A stretch of 64,000 nucleotides of DNA from a virus (Duplodnaviria; Caudoviricetes), in the IMG/VR virus record IMGVR_UViG_3300021256_000002, positions 1 to 64,000 of that record. One strand, given 5' to 3'. Positions 1 to 9,618 of this stretch are shown piece after piece. Both the position numbers and the translations under genes were made by a program. The notes beneath the pieces are model-generated. The model worked only from the letters and a program-made list of their open reading frames with translations. It was not told the origin of the DNA and did not search any database. How positions within the stretch are numbered: the stretch's first letter is position 1; each line of letters opens with the position of its first letter.

Positions 1-1407
1 ATAGATAGCTATACGAAGTTATCTAAGAAAGAGATAAAGTATTTGACAGAAGGCATAGCGGATAGACTTAGATTCGCTTGTATTATATATTATAAAGATA
101 TCATCTTGGATTATTTCATGAGAATAGACCAAGGTGATTTTAAGTCCTTCAAACAGATCACAATGGAAATCAAGAGCCAATGTGCTGGTTTGTTGAATGA
201 AATGAGAAAAGCTGAAAACAGTGTCGAAAATGATACATTCAGTTTGGAGGACGATATATTTGAGCAATTTGTCAAGGATACGGTTGAACATGCGGCTGAC
301 CCTAACACTGCTCTTATAACTGGTATTAGAATCTTGAATGAGATGTTATCTCCAGGATTCTTACCATGTAGATTATATCTAGTTATAGCATTATCTGGTA
401 CATACAAATCATCATTCCTGATTTATTGTGCGTATTGGATTAAACGGTATAATCATGTTGTACCGAGAAGAAAAGACCCGACGGCAGTTCCGTGTGTATT
501 GATGTATCTACTTGAAAATGATATCGAAGAAACCATTATTCGTTTATTCAATATCTGCGCATCAACTGATGATATCAGTAATTATACACCAGCTCAGGTA
601 TTCAAGATGATGCGTGAGGGTGGTCTTACTTTGAAGCAGGGTGAAATCAATATCATCCTGAAGTATCGTCCAGCTAACACCTTATCACCAAATGATATTG
701 CTAGTGATATAGATACGTTAGAAGACGATAATAAAGAGGTAATTGCATTAGTAATCGATTATCTCAAACGTATGAGGTCTGATTTCCCTGCACCAGATGA
801 TCGAGTTAAGTTAAGAGACATTTCGAATGGTGTAAAGGATATCCTTATACGTTATAAAATCCCAGGTATATCTGCTCAGCAGATTAACCGTACTGGTTCT
901 GTAACGATTGATTCAGCAATGGAATCTGGTAAAGAGGATTTGACCAGATATCTTGGTCGGTCTAACATTGCAGATGCATGGGATTTGTATGAAAACGTTG
1001 ATTGGTGCTGTATCCTTAACGTAGAAATTGAGAGAAGTACCGGTCATAGATATCTTACATTCAAAGAGCTTAAGAAACGTTATCGTAGCATGACGGATAT
1101 CACATATTTCAATCATCCGTTTGTAGAAGGTTCTACGATTATGCTGGTAAATGACGTTGAGATGGATAAAGCTGTATCGAAGACGTCGTTGAGTTCCAAT
1201 AATATGTATGGAGCACCTGAAAAGAAGCCAACTTTGAATCAGTATACAAATTCGAATATAGCAGCTGCTCAATTTGGTGATATCGATAGCTTGATTGCTA
1301 CGAACGCCGCTAGTGTATGGATAGCTAGAAATGCTTCGTCATTATGGTATATGCCATATAAAGATATCAAACCGTTAATTGAGAGAGTTGATAAGGTATT
1401 TGCCTAG
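1..1407 (+). CDS. dnaB: DnaB-like replicative helicase (5' truncated by window edge)
   Basis: Frame open from base 1; Walker A ALSGTYKS, Walker B VIDYLKRM, SAQQINR motif typical of SF4 helicases. Confidence 0.85.
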   Translation: MDSYTKLSKKEIKYLTEGIADRLRFACIIYYKDIILDYFMRIDQGDFKSFKQITMEIKSQCAGLLNEMRKAENSVENDTFSLEDDIFEQFVKDTVEHAADPNTALITGIRILNEMLSPGFLPCRLYLVIALSGTYKSSFLIYCAYWIKRYNHVVPRRKDPTAVPCVLMYLLENDIEETIIRLFNICASTDDISNYTPAQVFKMMREGGLTLKQGEINIILKYRPANTLSPNDIASDIDTLEDDNKEVIALVIDYLKRMRSDFPAPDDRVKLRDISNGVKDILIRYKIPGISAQQINRTGSVTIDSAMESGKEDLTRYLGRSNIADAWDLYENVDWCCILNVEIERSTGHRYLTFKELKKRYRSMTDITYFNHPFVEGSTIMLVNDVEMDKAVSKTSLSSNNMYGAPEKKPTLNQYTNSNIAAAQFGDIDSLIATNAASVWIARNASSLWYMPYKDIKPLIERVDKVFA

Positions 1408-1411
1408 TAGT

Positions 1412-1445
1412 AGAAGAAGATACGCGATTGCGTATCTTCTTCTTT
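1412..1445. terminator. Bidirectional intrinsic terminator
   Basis: AGAAGAAGATACGC-GATT-GCGTATCTTCTTCT inverted repeat between convergent genes. Confidence 0.75.
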
Positions 1446-1891
1446 TATGCCGTTCTAATCATTTCGGCTAAATCTGCAGTTAATCGACTTTGATTCATTC
1501 GTAAGTTGGAATCTTCTCTAATGAGAATTTCATTGAGTATATCGTATATATTCGAACCAAACAAACGAAGTTGAGTAAACCCACCAAAGTCGGCTTCAGA
1601 TACCATATGATTGAGCTGAAGAATGAACGGAACCATCTCAACTGTCCCATATTTATCGTATGAGAGCAGAGCTGGTTTATATTCATACTTCTGGAGTTCT
1701 AAGTCGCTAAACCTATACAAATACGACACACTCTGCAATTGAGGCCAGTATCGACTAACGATTGTACCTAGGTTAAGAATGATATAAGTATCAGGGTCTG
1801 CTTTTACAAGAGTTTTCTCTCTAAATGCAGTATTGGTTATTTCAAGGTTCTTACCCATATTTATTTGGGTGCTAATTGTACTAGCAATCAT
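1445..1891 (-). CDS. Baseplate wedge protein (T4 gp53/LysM-like)
   Basis: YEYKPALLSYDKYGTVEMVPFILQLN resembles the RPDLLSYxxYG...WxILxxN baseplate motif. Confidence 0.6.
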   Translation of the reverse strand: MIASTISTQINMGKNLEITNTAFREKTLVKADPDTYIILNLGTIVSRYWPQLQSVSYLYRFSDLELQKYEYKPALLSYDKYGTVEMVPFILQLNHMVSEADFGGFTQLRLFGSNIYDILNEILIREDSNLRMNQSRLTADLAEMIRTA

Positions 1892-1897
1892 GAGTTA

Positions 1898-2434
1898 TTA
1901 TCTCCTTTCACGAGGAGGATCGCCATTTGTTGTACCGTCAGGGAATTCACACCATAAACGAGTTACGTAGCAATCCTTAGGATTATTATCCATAAACAGA
2001 AGGATTACTTTTGTACCAGCTGGAATCTTTCCAGTTTCCCCTAAATGAGGAAAATGATGGTCATGATGATAATGGTCGCATCTAACTAGATGAGATGTTC
2101 CCGGATGACAAGTGATCGCATCATGGGTTGCATTCGGACAAGGACAGCCCGGACAATCGTGGAACGAGTGACGATGCGCAACTTCCAAACAAACTTTTGC
2201 AGTAATGCAATTAGATTTAGAAGTCGTCGATGGACCACTTACTTTACAATCGCTTGAATTCGCAAAGGCTGAATTGTTGACGGATGACTCTTGGGTTCCT
2301 CCACCACCAGCAAGTGTGGCTGTTAATTTGGGGCATTCCACTTTCATCGTACGAGCACAAGGATCCGTATCTTCTACGAGATATCCATACTCAAGTAAAT
2401 TCAACTTCACACTGTTATCTGTTAAATTATCCAT
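1898..2434 (-). CDS. Probable baseplate hub/spike-related protein with His/Cys-rich insert
   Basis: Adjacent to baseplate gene; IPAGTKVILLFMDNNP OB-fold-like motif; His/Cys cluster. Confidence 0.4.
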   Translation of the reverse strand: MDNLTDNSVKLNLLEYGYLVEDTDPCARTMKVECPKLTATLAGGGGTQESSVNNSAFANSSDCKVSGPSTTSKSNCITAKVCLEVAHRHSFHDCPGCPCPNATHDAITCHPGTSHLVRCDHYHHDHHFPHLGETGKIPAGTKVILLFMDNNPKDCYVTRLWCEFPDGTTNGDPPRERR

Positions 2435-2499
2435 AAATCATACACCTACCTTTTAATAATGAGTTCTACTCGACAAAATTTAAAGGAAGGTGAATATGT

Positions 2500-3381
2500 A
2501 TGGCAAACGATATTTTTGCTGGTACTCCGTTGGATGGATTTTTTGATGACCCTGGATTTGGCGATCCTGCTGAATCACGTGTGGCTCCGAAAGGACATAC
2601 AACGCATCATGATTTCGAGGCGTACGATGAATATACGTCTAAAATAAATCCACCTGAGGATATGGAAGATCCGAATAATCCATATCAGAAAGTAGAGGCT
2701 GCTATGAATCACGTAGATACTCGTTGGGGAGAAAATTATGACGAACCGTTTAACTGCATGCATTCTCCTCATGAAAGGTACCCGCATGCGCATCAACATG
2801 AAGTAGGGCGTAACGTAGTCGTCAATGACCGTGCACATCATATCAACCATAGACCAAAGCACGTCGTGATTGATACTCCTGCAATGGAGCAATTAACGCC
2901 AGCTGATGTAGATGAAGTTTACGGTTATACTGAGCACAATATGAAGCTTCTTCGTATTGCATCTGTACGTGTGTCAAATCTCACGAATGTGCTCAAAGAA
3001 ATTCAGGAAACCGATCATGGTATTGATTTGGTTCGTATCATGGAGCAGGTTCCGTTTGCATCGGTTAGCTTCAGAGAAATCCTCGAGCAAGCGTTCAATG
3101 TTGAGATGAAGAATTACCTTGAAATCATCAACAAACTGAACACCTACATCTATGGAGAGCCGCCTGAAGTTGATCCTGAACCAGAACCAACTCCGGAAGA
3201 CCCTGAAGAACCTGTAGTTGAGCCGGAAGATCCTGAACCCACTACAGATGAAGGTAAAACCGACGAAAATAAAGATGTAAATCCAAACGAACAGGATACC
3301 AATGGTGAGGATACAATTATCACAGATGGCAATGGTCAGACCATTGCCGGTGATGATGTAGCTCCTTCCATTGAGGGATAA
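2500..3381 (+). CDS. Hypothetical acidic, His- and PE-rich protein (possibly virion)
   Basis: 293 aa ORF, RBS GGAAGG, terminator downstream. Confidence 0.7.
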   Translation: MANDIFAGTPLDGFFDDPGFGDPAESRVAPKGHTTHHDFEAYDEYTSKINPPEDMEDPNNPYQKVEAAMNHVDTRWGENYDEPFNCMHSPHERYPHAHQHEVGRNVVVNDRAHHINHRPKHVVIDTPAMEQLTPADVDEVYGYTEHNMKLLRIASVRVSNLTNVLKEIQETDHGIDLVRIMEQVPFASVSFREILEQAFNVEMKNYLEIINKLNTYIYGEPPEVDPEPEPTPEDPEEPVVEPEDPEPTTDEGKTDENKDVNPNEQDTNGEDTIITDGNGQTIAGDDVAPSIEG

Positions 3382-3428
3382 CCTAAAAGAATAGCAGTTA
3401 GGTCCTTCGACCTAACTGCTTAATTTAT

Positions 3429-4616
3429 TTGAAAAGGAGAAATCTTACAATGTTGAATGCTGGTCAAGAAAGAGCCCTTAGGCAATTTAAAAGATGGATG
3501 GAAGAAAGTCCACGCCAAGTATTCGAATTGTCTGGAGGACCTGGTACCGGAAAAACCTTCTTAGTTAGAAGGATGATTGAAGAAATCGGACTAGATTTAT
3601 CCGAGGTATTATTCTGTACGTATACTGGTAAAGCAGCAATTGCTTTACGTAAAAACGGGTTGGATGGAAAGACTATCCATTCAACGCTTTATAAAATAGA
3701 TGTAGTTGAACGTCTTGATGCAAGAGGAAATCCCGTTACCGATGAAGATGGTAACGTGATTTATGACTTCAAATTTATCCCAAGACGTAAATTAGACGAA
3801 AATATCAAACTCATCGTGGTGGATGAAGCCTCGATGGTTCCCCAAGAATTTGGTAAGCAAATATGTAGGTTCGACCTACCTGTATTAGCGGTAGGGGATT
3901 TGAATCAGCTTGGACCAATCTTTGGGAAATCTTATTTCTTAAATCATCCTGATGCTATTCTTACAGAAATCATGCGTCAGGAGAAAGGTTCTCCCATTGT
4001 AGCACTTGCTCAAGATATCCTACATGGAAATTTCTTGAAACTGGGTAAATATGACCAAGATGGTATCGTAACAATCATTGATATTGATAAACTCGAAGAA
4101 TTTGTTAACTTCAAGGAATATGATGCAGTACTTTGCGGTCTCAACAAAACCCGAGTGAAATGGAACAAATGGATACGCAAGTATGTATATGGAATAGATG
4201 AGCCTCTTCCAGTTGTCGGTGACAAGATGATTTGCCGTAAGAATAACTGGACGAGAGAGGTTAAAGGAATTCCACTTGTCAATGGACTAAGTGGTGTGAT
4301 TGATAATATCGACGAAGATGGCTATAAAAAGCACTCAATGGTAATTGATTTCTTAGCAGATGATTTACCAGCGTCGTTTGATGAATTGAAAATAGATACT
4401 CGTGCTTTGAATAGCACGAAGACGAAAGACGACATTAACTTGAGGTCGTCTTATAATATTTTCGATTATGGTTATGCTATCACTGGGCATCTTGCTCAAG
4501 GTAGTCAGTATAGCTCAGTTGTTGTAGTTGCTGATATTGCTCGTTTCACGAATGCTTCCAGATGGATGTACACTTCAGTTACACGAGCTGTAGACAGATT
4601 GGTATTAGCAATATAA
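3429..4616 (+). CDS. SF1B DNA helicase (RecD2/Dda-like); start probably at ATG 3450
   Basis: GGPGTGKT, TIHS, VDEASMV, GDLNQL, LTEIMRQ, YAITGHLAQGSQY, YTSVTRA. Confidence 0.9.
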   Translation: MKRRNLTMLNAGQERALRQFKRWMEESPRQVFELSGGPGTGKTFLVRRMIEEIGLDLSEVLFCTYTGKAAIALRKNGLDGKTIHSTLYKIDVVERLDARGNPVTDEDGNVIYDFKFIPRRKLDENIKLIVVDEASMVPQEFGKQICRFDLPVLAVGDLNQLGPIFGKSYFLNHPDAILTEIMRQEKGSPIVALAQDILHGNFLKLGKYDQDGIVTIIDIDKLEEFVNFKEYDAVLCGLNKTRVKWNKWIRKYVYGIDEPLPVVGDKMICRKNNWTREVKGIPLVNGLSGVIDNIDEDGYKKHSMVIDFLADDLPASFDELKIDTRALNSTKTKDDINLRSSYNIFDYGYAITGHLAQGSQYSSVVVVADIARFTNASRWMYTSVTRAVDRLVLAI

Positions 4617-4631
4617 GAAAGGAAGATTTTA

Positions 4632-4880
4632 ATGAGATCAAGCTCAAGATTAGAAAATTTGTTGCCCCATGATATTATGAACCCTCTTCCAAATGTTACC
4701 GAAGAATCTTTTGGGTATAGGAAGAAAGAACAGGAACAGATTCCTGAAGAAAATGTTTCTAAAAACAAAATCGAGTATATGAAGGCTTTGGTTGAACTTC
4801 GTAAAGCAACTTCAAAGTCTAGTTATGCTGACAGAAAAAGTAAGAAAAACAAAGGTAAATCTAAACGAAGGAAAAGGTGA
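4632..4880 (+). CDS. Small basic hypothetical protein
   Basis: ORF with RBS, in operon. Confidence 0.6.
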   Translation: MRSSSRLENLLPHDIMNPLPNVTEESFGYRKKEQEQIPEENVSKNKIEYMKALVELRKATSKSSYADRKSKKNKGKSKRRKR

Positions 4881-4885
4881 TATAA

Positions 4886-5245
4886 ATGGACATGAATGAG
4901 TTCAAAGCTCAGCTGGAAGAATGCAACTGGAAACAGTGCCTGATGGCAATTATCTTCGATAATGCCATGGTATGGCAGTTCAACCAGCGTCGTCGTGTTT
5001 ATAATGAAACGACCCATAAGTGGGAGTATGGTGAATGGATTCCTCCTGAAGAATCACTTGTATTCTGCGAGGATGGTGTATCCATCAAATTCAAAGAAGT
5101 CCTTCCGATGAAGGATATGACCAATCCGCTGTACAACAAAGCATATTACTGGACTATTCGACATGTCGAAAATATACAGGCTATTGTAGCATGTGACCTC
5201 GACAACAAGGAATTGCGTCCATTCTTCGATGGTTCAATTCTTTAA
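4886..5245 (+). CDS. Hypothetical protein
   Basis: 119 aa ORF with RBS AAGGTG. Confidence 0.7.
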   Translation: MDMNEFKAQLEECNWKQCLMAIIFDNAMVWQFNQRRRVYNETTHKWEYGEWIPPEESLVFCEDGVSIKFKEVLPMKDMTNPLYNKAYYWTIRHVENIQAIVACDLDNKELRPFFDGSIL

Positions 5246-5260
5246 AAAGAATTTCAATTA

Positions 5261-5268
5261 TATATTAT
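5261..5268 (+). promoter_or_regulatory. Putative phage early promoter TATATTAT (representative copy)
   Basis: Recurs intergenically at 7235, 12182, 39115, 50309 (+) and 16017, 16433, 29470, 33774 (-); resembles phiKZ/AR9 early promoter consensus. Confidence 0.65.
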
Positions 5269-5333
5269 ATATGCGTTGTACAAAGTAGTACGACATAATT
5301 TACTCATCACATTTTAATAGGAGGTATATATCT

Positions 5334-5825
5334 ATGAGTAAGAAAAAGAAAGAGTTGTCTCAGGTAAAGAAGTTATTCGTCGGGATCAAGAAGAAGATTC
5401 GCGGCGCAAAGGTTGAGGCAAAGCGTATCCAGGCTGATTGCCCGCACAAATCCCGCAACGGCAAGCTCTGGATCAAGAAGTACAAGAAGAGCGGGAAAGT
5501 CGGTGCATTCCGTTGTAAGGAATGTGACGATGTGATGTATTTCGGAGACATCATCAACAAGTCCCCGAAAGAGATCAAGGCTTATGGTAAGCAGGTTTGC
5601 AATGACTTCATCAATTATTGCAACATCTGCAAGATTACCTTGAATCCGAAGTACGACACGAAGTACTCCAAGGCTATCGGCAAAGCTCAGTTCGGTGCAT
5701 ATCAGGTCAAGAAAATTGGTCGTATTGCACTTGGCGAAGTGAGCGGCAAGAATGGTCGCCGTCGTCATAAGGGTGGTAAGAAGGGGAACTTCATCATTAA
5801 CGGTGGTAGCTCCGGACTTCGGTAA
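5334..5825 (+). CDS. Very basic hypothetical protein with Cys motifs
   Basis: RBS AGGAGG; Lys-rich; CPH...CKEC. Confidence 0.75.
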   Translation: MSKKKKELSQVKKLFVGIKKKIRGAKVEAKRIQADCPHKSRNGKLWIKKYKKSGKVGAFRCKECDDVMYFGDIINKSPKEIKAYGKQVCNDFINYCNICKITLNPKYDTKYSKAIGKAQFGAYQVKKIGRIALGEVSGKNGRRRHKGGKKGNFIINGGSSGLR

Positions 5826-5882
5826 AGCGTAAGGTATCTAATAATGGTATAGGCGAGAGATAATCTCGCCTATACTTATTTT

Positions 5883-6401
5883 ATGGAGGAAATTACCATG
5901 ATTAGTACAAATAAAGCTAATAAAATTGTAACTAACAAACGTATGGCGTTGATAAAAGCTGGGAAAAAAGAGAAACACATGCCGAGTATTTATACATTAT
6001 TCTCAAATAATCCTGAGCTGATGCATAAAAACATTGGGCGTATTCGTGCTATTCATTCTGTTAGAAACACTGGTAAATGTAAACCACCGTTCGGTGTTAA
6101 AATCCACAAAGCTATGCTTTTATATCTGGGCTCGAAGAACGCGGTGGATAAGATTTATATGGATAAGGCTTGTCTTGGTAGCTTTGTTGCATATGATACG
6201 ATCAAATCCAGTAGCTTCAAACAATATAGAGAAAAACTCCCTAAGATTAAAGCATCTATCTTTAAGCAGTATATCGAAACCATTAACAATGAGATTCATC
6301 TTAATGGTTTTGACGATGCCAAGCATGTTATGAAATTCAATGTTTTCGATTGGTATCGTGATGCTTGGGATGCTACCGTAAATAAATATACAGAAAAGTG
6401 A
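5883..6401 (+). CDS. Hypothetical protein
   Basis: 172 aa ORF; GGAGG upstream of ATG 5898. Confidence 0.65.
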   Translation: MEEITMISTNKANKIVTNKRMALIKAGKKEKHMPSIYTLFSNNPELMHKNIGRIRAIHSVRNTGKCKPPFGVKIHKAMLLYLGSKNAVDKIYMDKACLGSFVAYDTIKSSSFKQYREKLPKIKASIFKQYIETINNEIHLNGFDDAKHVMKFNVFDWYRDAWDATVNKYTEK

Positions 6402-6432
6402 GACATGTAAAATTGTTTGATGAAAGTAGGTA

Positions 6433-7116
6433 TTGAAAATGAACGTAAAAGAATTGAAGAAATTGGTAGCCCCGTATATGGAAAAAGAAGAAACGGGTTG
6501 GTTTATTGATGTAGAAGAAAACAAAATAATCGAAAAAGCAGCGGATATCCCGTTTAACAAAGCTATTTACAAATGCGAAGAGGACATGCTCAACGCATCG
6601 CCGTATATTCGTATCAAGTCCAAAAAGGACGAGGATGCTACTCTCATTAGCATCAACGACGAACCGGGTATCTTCATGTATGATATCCAGAAACTGGTTA
6701 ATGGTGAATGGGAAGATATTCCCAATGATGAAGGACTTCAGCCGCAAGTTCTGATTCAGAATGGTACGTTAGAGAAATACGATATCGTTCGTTTCGTTGG
6801 TATACATGAAGTTGAATGTGCCGTCGACACTGACGAAGAACTGCTCGTTGATATGCATGGCTTATTCATGGTTGCTGTAACAGCAGAAGACTTTGTTGAT
6901 ACGGTGACTGACGTTACATATGATGCGCTTGATTTGGACAGCGATGACGACGAGGATGATGATTGTGATTGCGGTCACGACCACTCCACGCCCGACCTGG
7001 ATGAGATGATAACCCTTGTTCCAGTAAGTCCATTAATCGAGTATCTCCGTGCATATGGACCGGTTCTCAAATCGGCTGGCATTGAAATCGACAAGATTGA
7101 GAGCGAAGAACAGTAA
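6433..7116 (+). CDS. Hypothetical acidic protein
   Basis: 227 aa ORF followed by terminator hairpin. Confidence 0.7.
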   Translation: MKMNVKELKKLVAPYMEKEETGWFIDVEENKIIEKAADIPFNKAIYKCEEDMLNASPYIRIKSKKDEDATLISINDEPGIFMYDIQKLVNGEWEDIPNDEGLQPQVLIQNGTLEKYDIVRFVGIHEVECAVDTDEELLVDMHGLFMVAVTAEDFVDTVTDVTYDALDLDSDDDEDDDCDCGHDHSTPDLDEMITLVPVSPLIEYLRAYGPVLKSAGIEIDKIESEEQ

Positions 7117-7272
7117 GCTCTTTATAGAAAACCTAGAAAACTTGAGTGATATTCATTGCTCAAGTTTTCTTTTGCCCAGTACATCTGTTCGATATAATAA
7201 TTAAATCTCAATTAGACAAAGCTGTATTGAAATATATATTATAGTTTCACTACATTAAGATGAGGTGATTAT

Positions 7273-9618
7273 ATGACACAATACAGAGATGACGAAATCG
7301 ATGTCATAAAAAATGATATTGAAAGACTCAGGGTCAAACCTTCAATGTATATCTCTTATACGAAAAAGAAAGGTGTGGTCCATCTCTTAAAAGAAGCAAC
7401 TAATAATGCGATTGATGAAAGACTCAATCCACTTAGTCCATGTGATTCGATTTTCATGGAAATTGATGAGAACACAAATATCTTTACAATCATCGATAAT
7501 GGTCGAGGGATTCCTCTTGACAATGTGGAAGATTTGTGCACTTATCTACAATCCGGTGCAAATTTGCATAAGGACCAAGGGGATGCAAAGAAAAAAGTCA
7601 GAAAGGCAGGAGATCATGGTGTTGGTCTTACTGCAATCAATGCATTCTCCAAGCATCTTACGGTCATATCTTATCAATTAACGATAATGAAGAAAGGAAC
7701 TTTCCGTTTCGAGGACGGAAAGTTAGTTGAACGTAAGATAGAGCCATATAAGGATAAAAAGAAGCATGGTACAACGGTATCGTTCTGTGTGGATGATCGA
7801 TATCTTGGAACTAACGTAATTGATACGAAGATGTATCGTGAATGGCTCGAAGATATTTCTTACTTACTTCCTGAAAAGACGAAGTTTGAACTTTCAGTTA
7901 TCAAGAAGGGTAAGAAAGTTGGTGTTACTGAGAAATTTACTCAAAAGAATGGTATCAGTGACAAACTCGATTTGATGGTAAAAGACCCTGCTATCAAAAC
8001 TGTTCGTATCAGCAAAGAGTTCAATGACGGTGACTTCATTGATATTGCTGTAACTTATTCGGCGGATGATATTAGTGATTTCACGAATTACGAGTCGTAC
8101 TGTAACTGGGTACATACCATCGACGATGGTGAACATGTTAAGGCATTCAAGTATGGCTGGTGTCAAGCTGTATCGAAAATTGTGAACTCGTCTTTGACTG
8201 AAGCTGAGAAGAAGAAAAACTTCCAAGTATCATTCGAAGATTGTAGACAAGGTCTTTGTGCAGTCATCAATCTTGTATGCCTATTCCCATTGTTCACTGG
8301 TCAGACGAAACAGCAGGTTGGTAATGATGAGTTATTCAAACCATTATCTCGTCTGATTACGAAAGAAGTAACTGAATACTTCAAGAAGAATCAAGCTGAC
8401 TGCAAGAAGTTGATTTCAACTGTCAAAGGAAATGCGAAAGCACGTCTGGAGATGAAGAAGCATAAACATCTTGAAGTCAAGTCGATAACTTCTTTGGATA
8501 CAGTTGATTTGAAAGGATTCTACGCGTGTGAATCAAAATTTGCTCCAGAATGTGAAATCTTCATTACTGAGGGTGACTCTGCTGGAGGTCAGGTAGTAGC
8601 AAGACGTAATCCAAGATATCAAGCTGTATTCACTTCAAAGGGTAATCCTTTGAATGCTTACGGACTTACGATTCCCAAGATTCTTGAGAATGATGAGATG
8701 AGAAAGTTCTATTATGTAGGTGAAGCTGGAATTGGACCATCATTCAATCCGAAGAAATTCAGATTCGGAAAAGTCATCTTGTTCGTCGATAGTGATATTG
8801 ATGCGTTCAACATGATGAGCTTGTGGTCTGCTGCATTCCTCTGGTGTTCACCTGCACTTGTTCAAGAAGGTCGTGTATATCGGACGAAAGCTCCGTTATA
8901 TCTTCTGAACGACAAGACTCATCCGTATGTTCTGAGTAAGCATGAGTTCTCTGAGTTATTCGCCGATAGAATCTCTCAGAATGTAGAACTCGTTGATATG
9001 ACTGGTCATAAGCTAACCAAGAAAGAACTTCGTAACCTGATTGTACGTAACTCTGAATATTACAGAGAGATACAATCTCTTGAGAAGTATTTCTTCGTTG
9101 ATGGTGAAATAATCGAAGCGATTATCGTGAACGAAGGAAAGAATATGCTTAGGAACTTCAAGAAGAGATTCCCTGAAACATCATATGATGAAAAGCTGAG
9201 TATCTTGAGTACGATATTCAAGAATTCCAGATATTCAATCCGTATTAGAGATAATTTCTATCGGAAAACTTCACATCTCAAAGAGATGATAAATGAAAAT
9301 AATCATAGAAATATATATTATAAGGTGATTGACCATGGAACACCTTTGGTTGGAGAATTCTCGTTAGGTTCTGTCTTCAAATTAAGTCAGAAATACATAC
9401 CTGACGTAGTAAACCGTATAAAAGGTGTCGGTGAGCTTCCCGACAACGTAATTTGGGATACCGTTCTCAATCCGAAGACGAGGCAGCTCATTCAGTTAAC
9501 ATGTGATGATTTGGAAAAAGAACTCGAGATTGTCAGAATCCTTCATGGTAAAGATCCTTCTCTTAGAAAGGACTTTATGAAAGGATATCGTATCAACAAA
9601 GACGATCTTGATACCTAA
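7273..9618 (+). CDS. gyrB: DNA gyrase/type IIA topoisomerase subunit B
   Basis: GHKL motifs EATNNAIDE, DNGRGIP, GDHGVG; TOPRIM TEGDSAGG, DSDID; RIKGVGE. Confidence 0.93.
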   Translation: MTQYRDDEIDVIKNDIERLRVKPSMYISYTKKKGVVHLLKEATNNAIDERLNPLSPCDSIFMEIDENTNIFTIIDNGRGIPLDNVEDLCTYLQSGANLHKDQGDAKKKVRKAGDHGVGLTAINAFSKHLTVISYQLTIMKKGTFRFEDGKLVERKIEPYKDKKKHGTTVSFCVDDRYLGTNVIDTKMYREWLEDISYLLPEKTKFELSVIKKGKKVGVTEKFTQKNGISDKLDLMVKDPAIKTVRISKEFNDGDFIDIAVTYSADDISDFTNYESYCNWVHTIDDGEHVKAFKYGWCQAVSKIVNSSLTEAEKKKNFQVSFEDCRQGLCAVINLVCLFPLFTGQTKQQVGNDELFKPLSRLITKEVTEYFKKNQADCKKLISTVKGNAKARLEMKKHKHLEVKSITSLDTVDLKGFYACESKFAPECEIFITEGDSAGGQVVARRNPRYQAVFTSKGNPLNAYGLTIPKILENDEMRKFYYVGEAGIGPSFNPKKFRFGKVILFVDSDIDAFNMMSLWSAAFLWCSPALVQEGRVYRTKAPLYLLNDKTHPYVLSKHEFSELFADRISQNVELVDMTGHKLTKKELRNLIVRNSEYYREIQSLEKYFFVDGEIIEAIIVNEGKNMLRNFKKRFPETSYDEKLSILSTIFKNSRYSIRIRDNFYRKTSHLKEMINENNHRNIYYKVIDHGTPLVGEFSLGSVFKLSQKYIPDVVNRIKGVGELPDNVIWDTVLNPKTRQLIQLTCDDLEKELEIVRILHGKDPSLRKDFMKGYRINKDDLDT

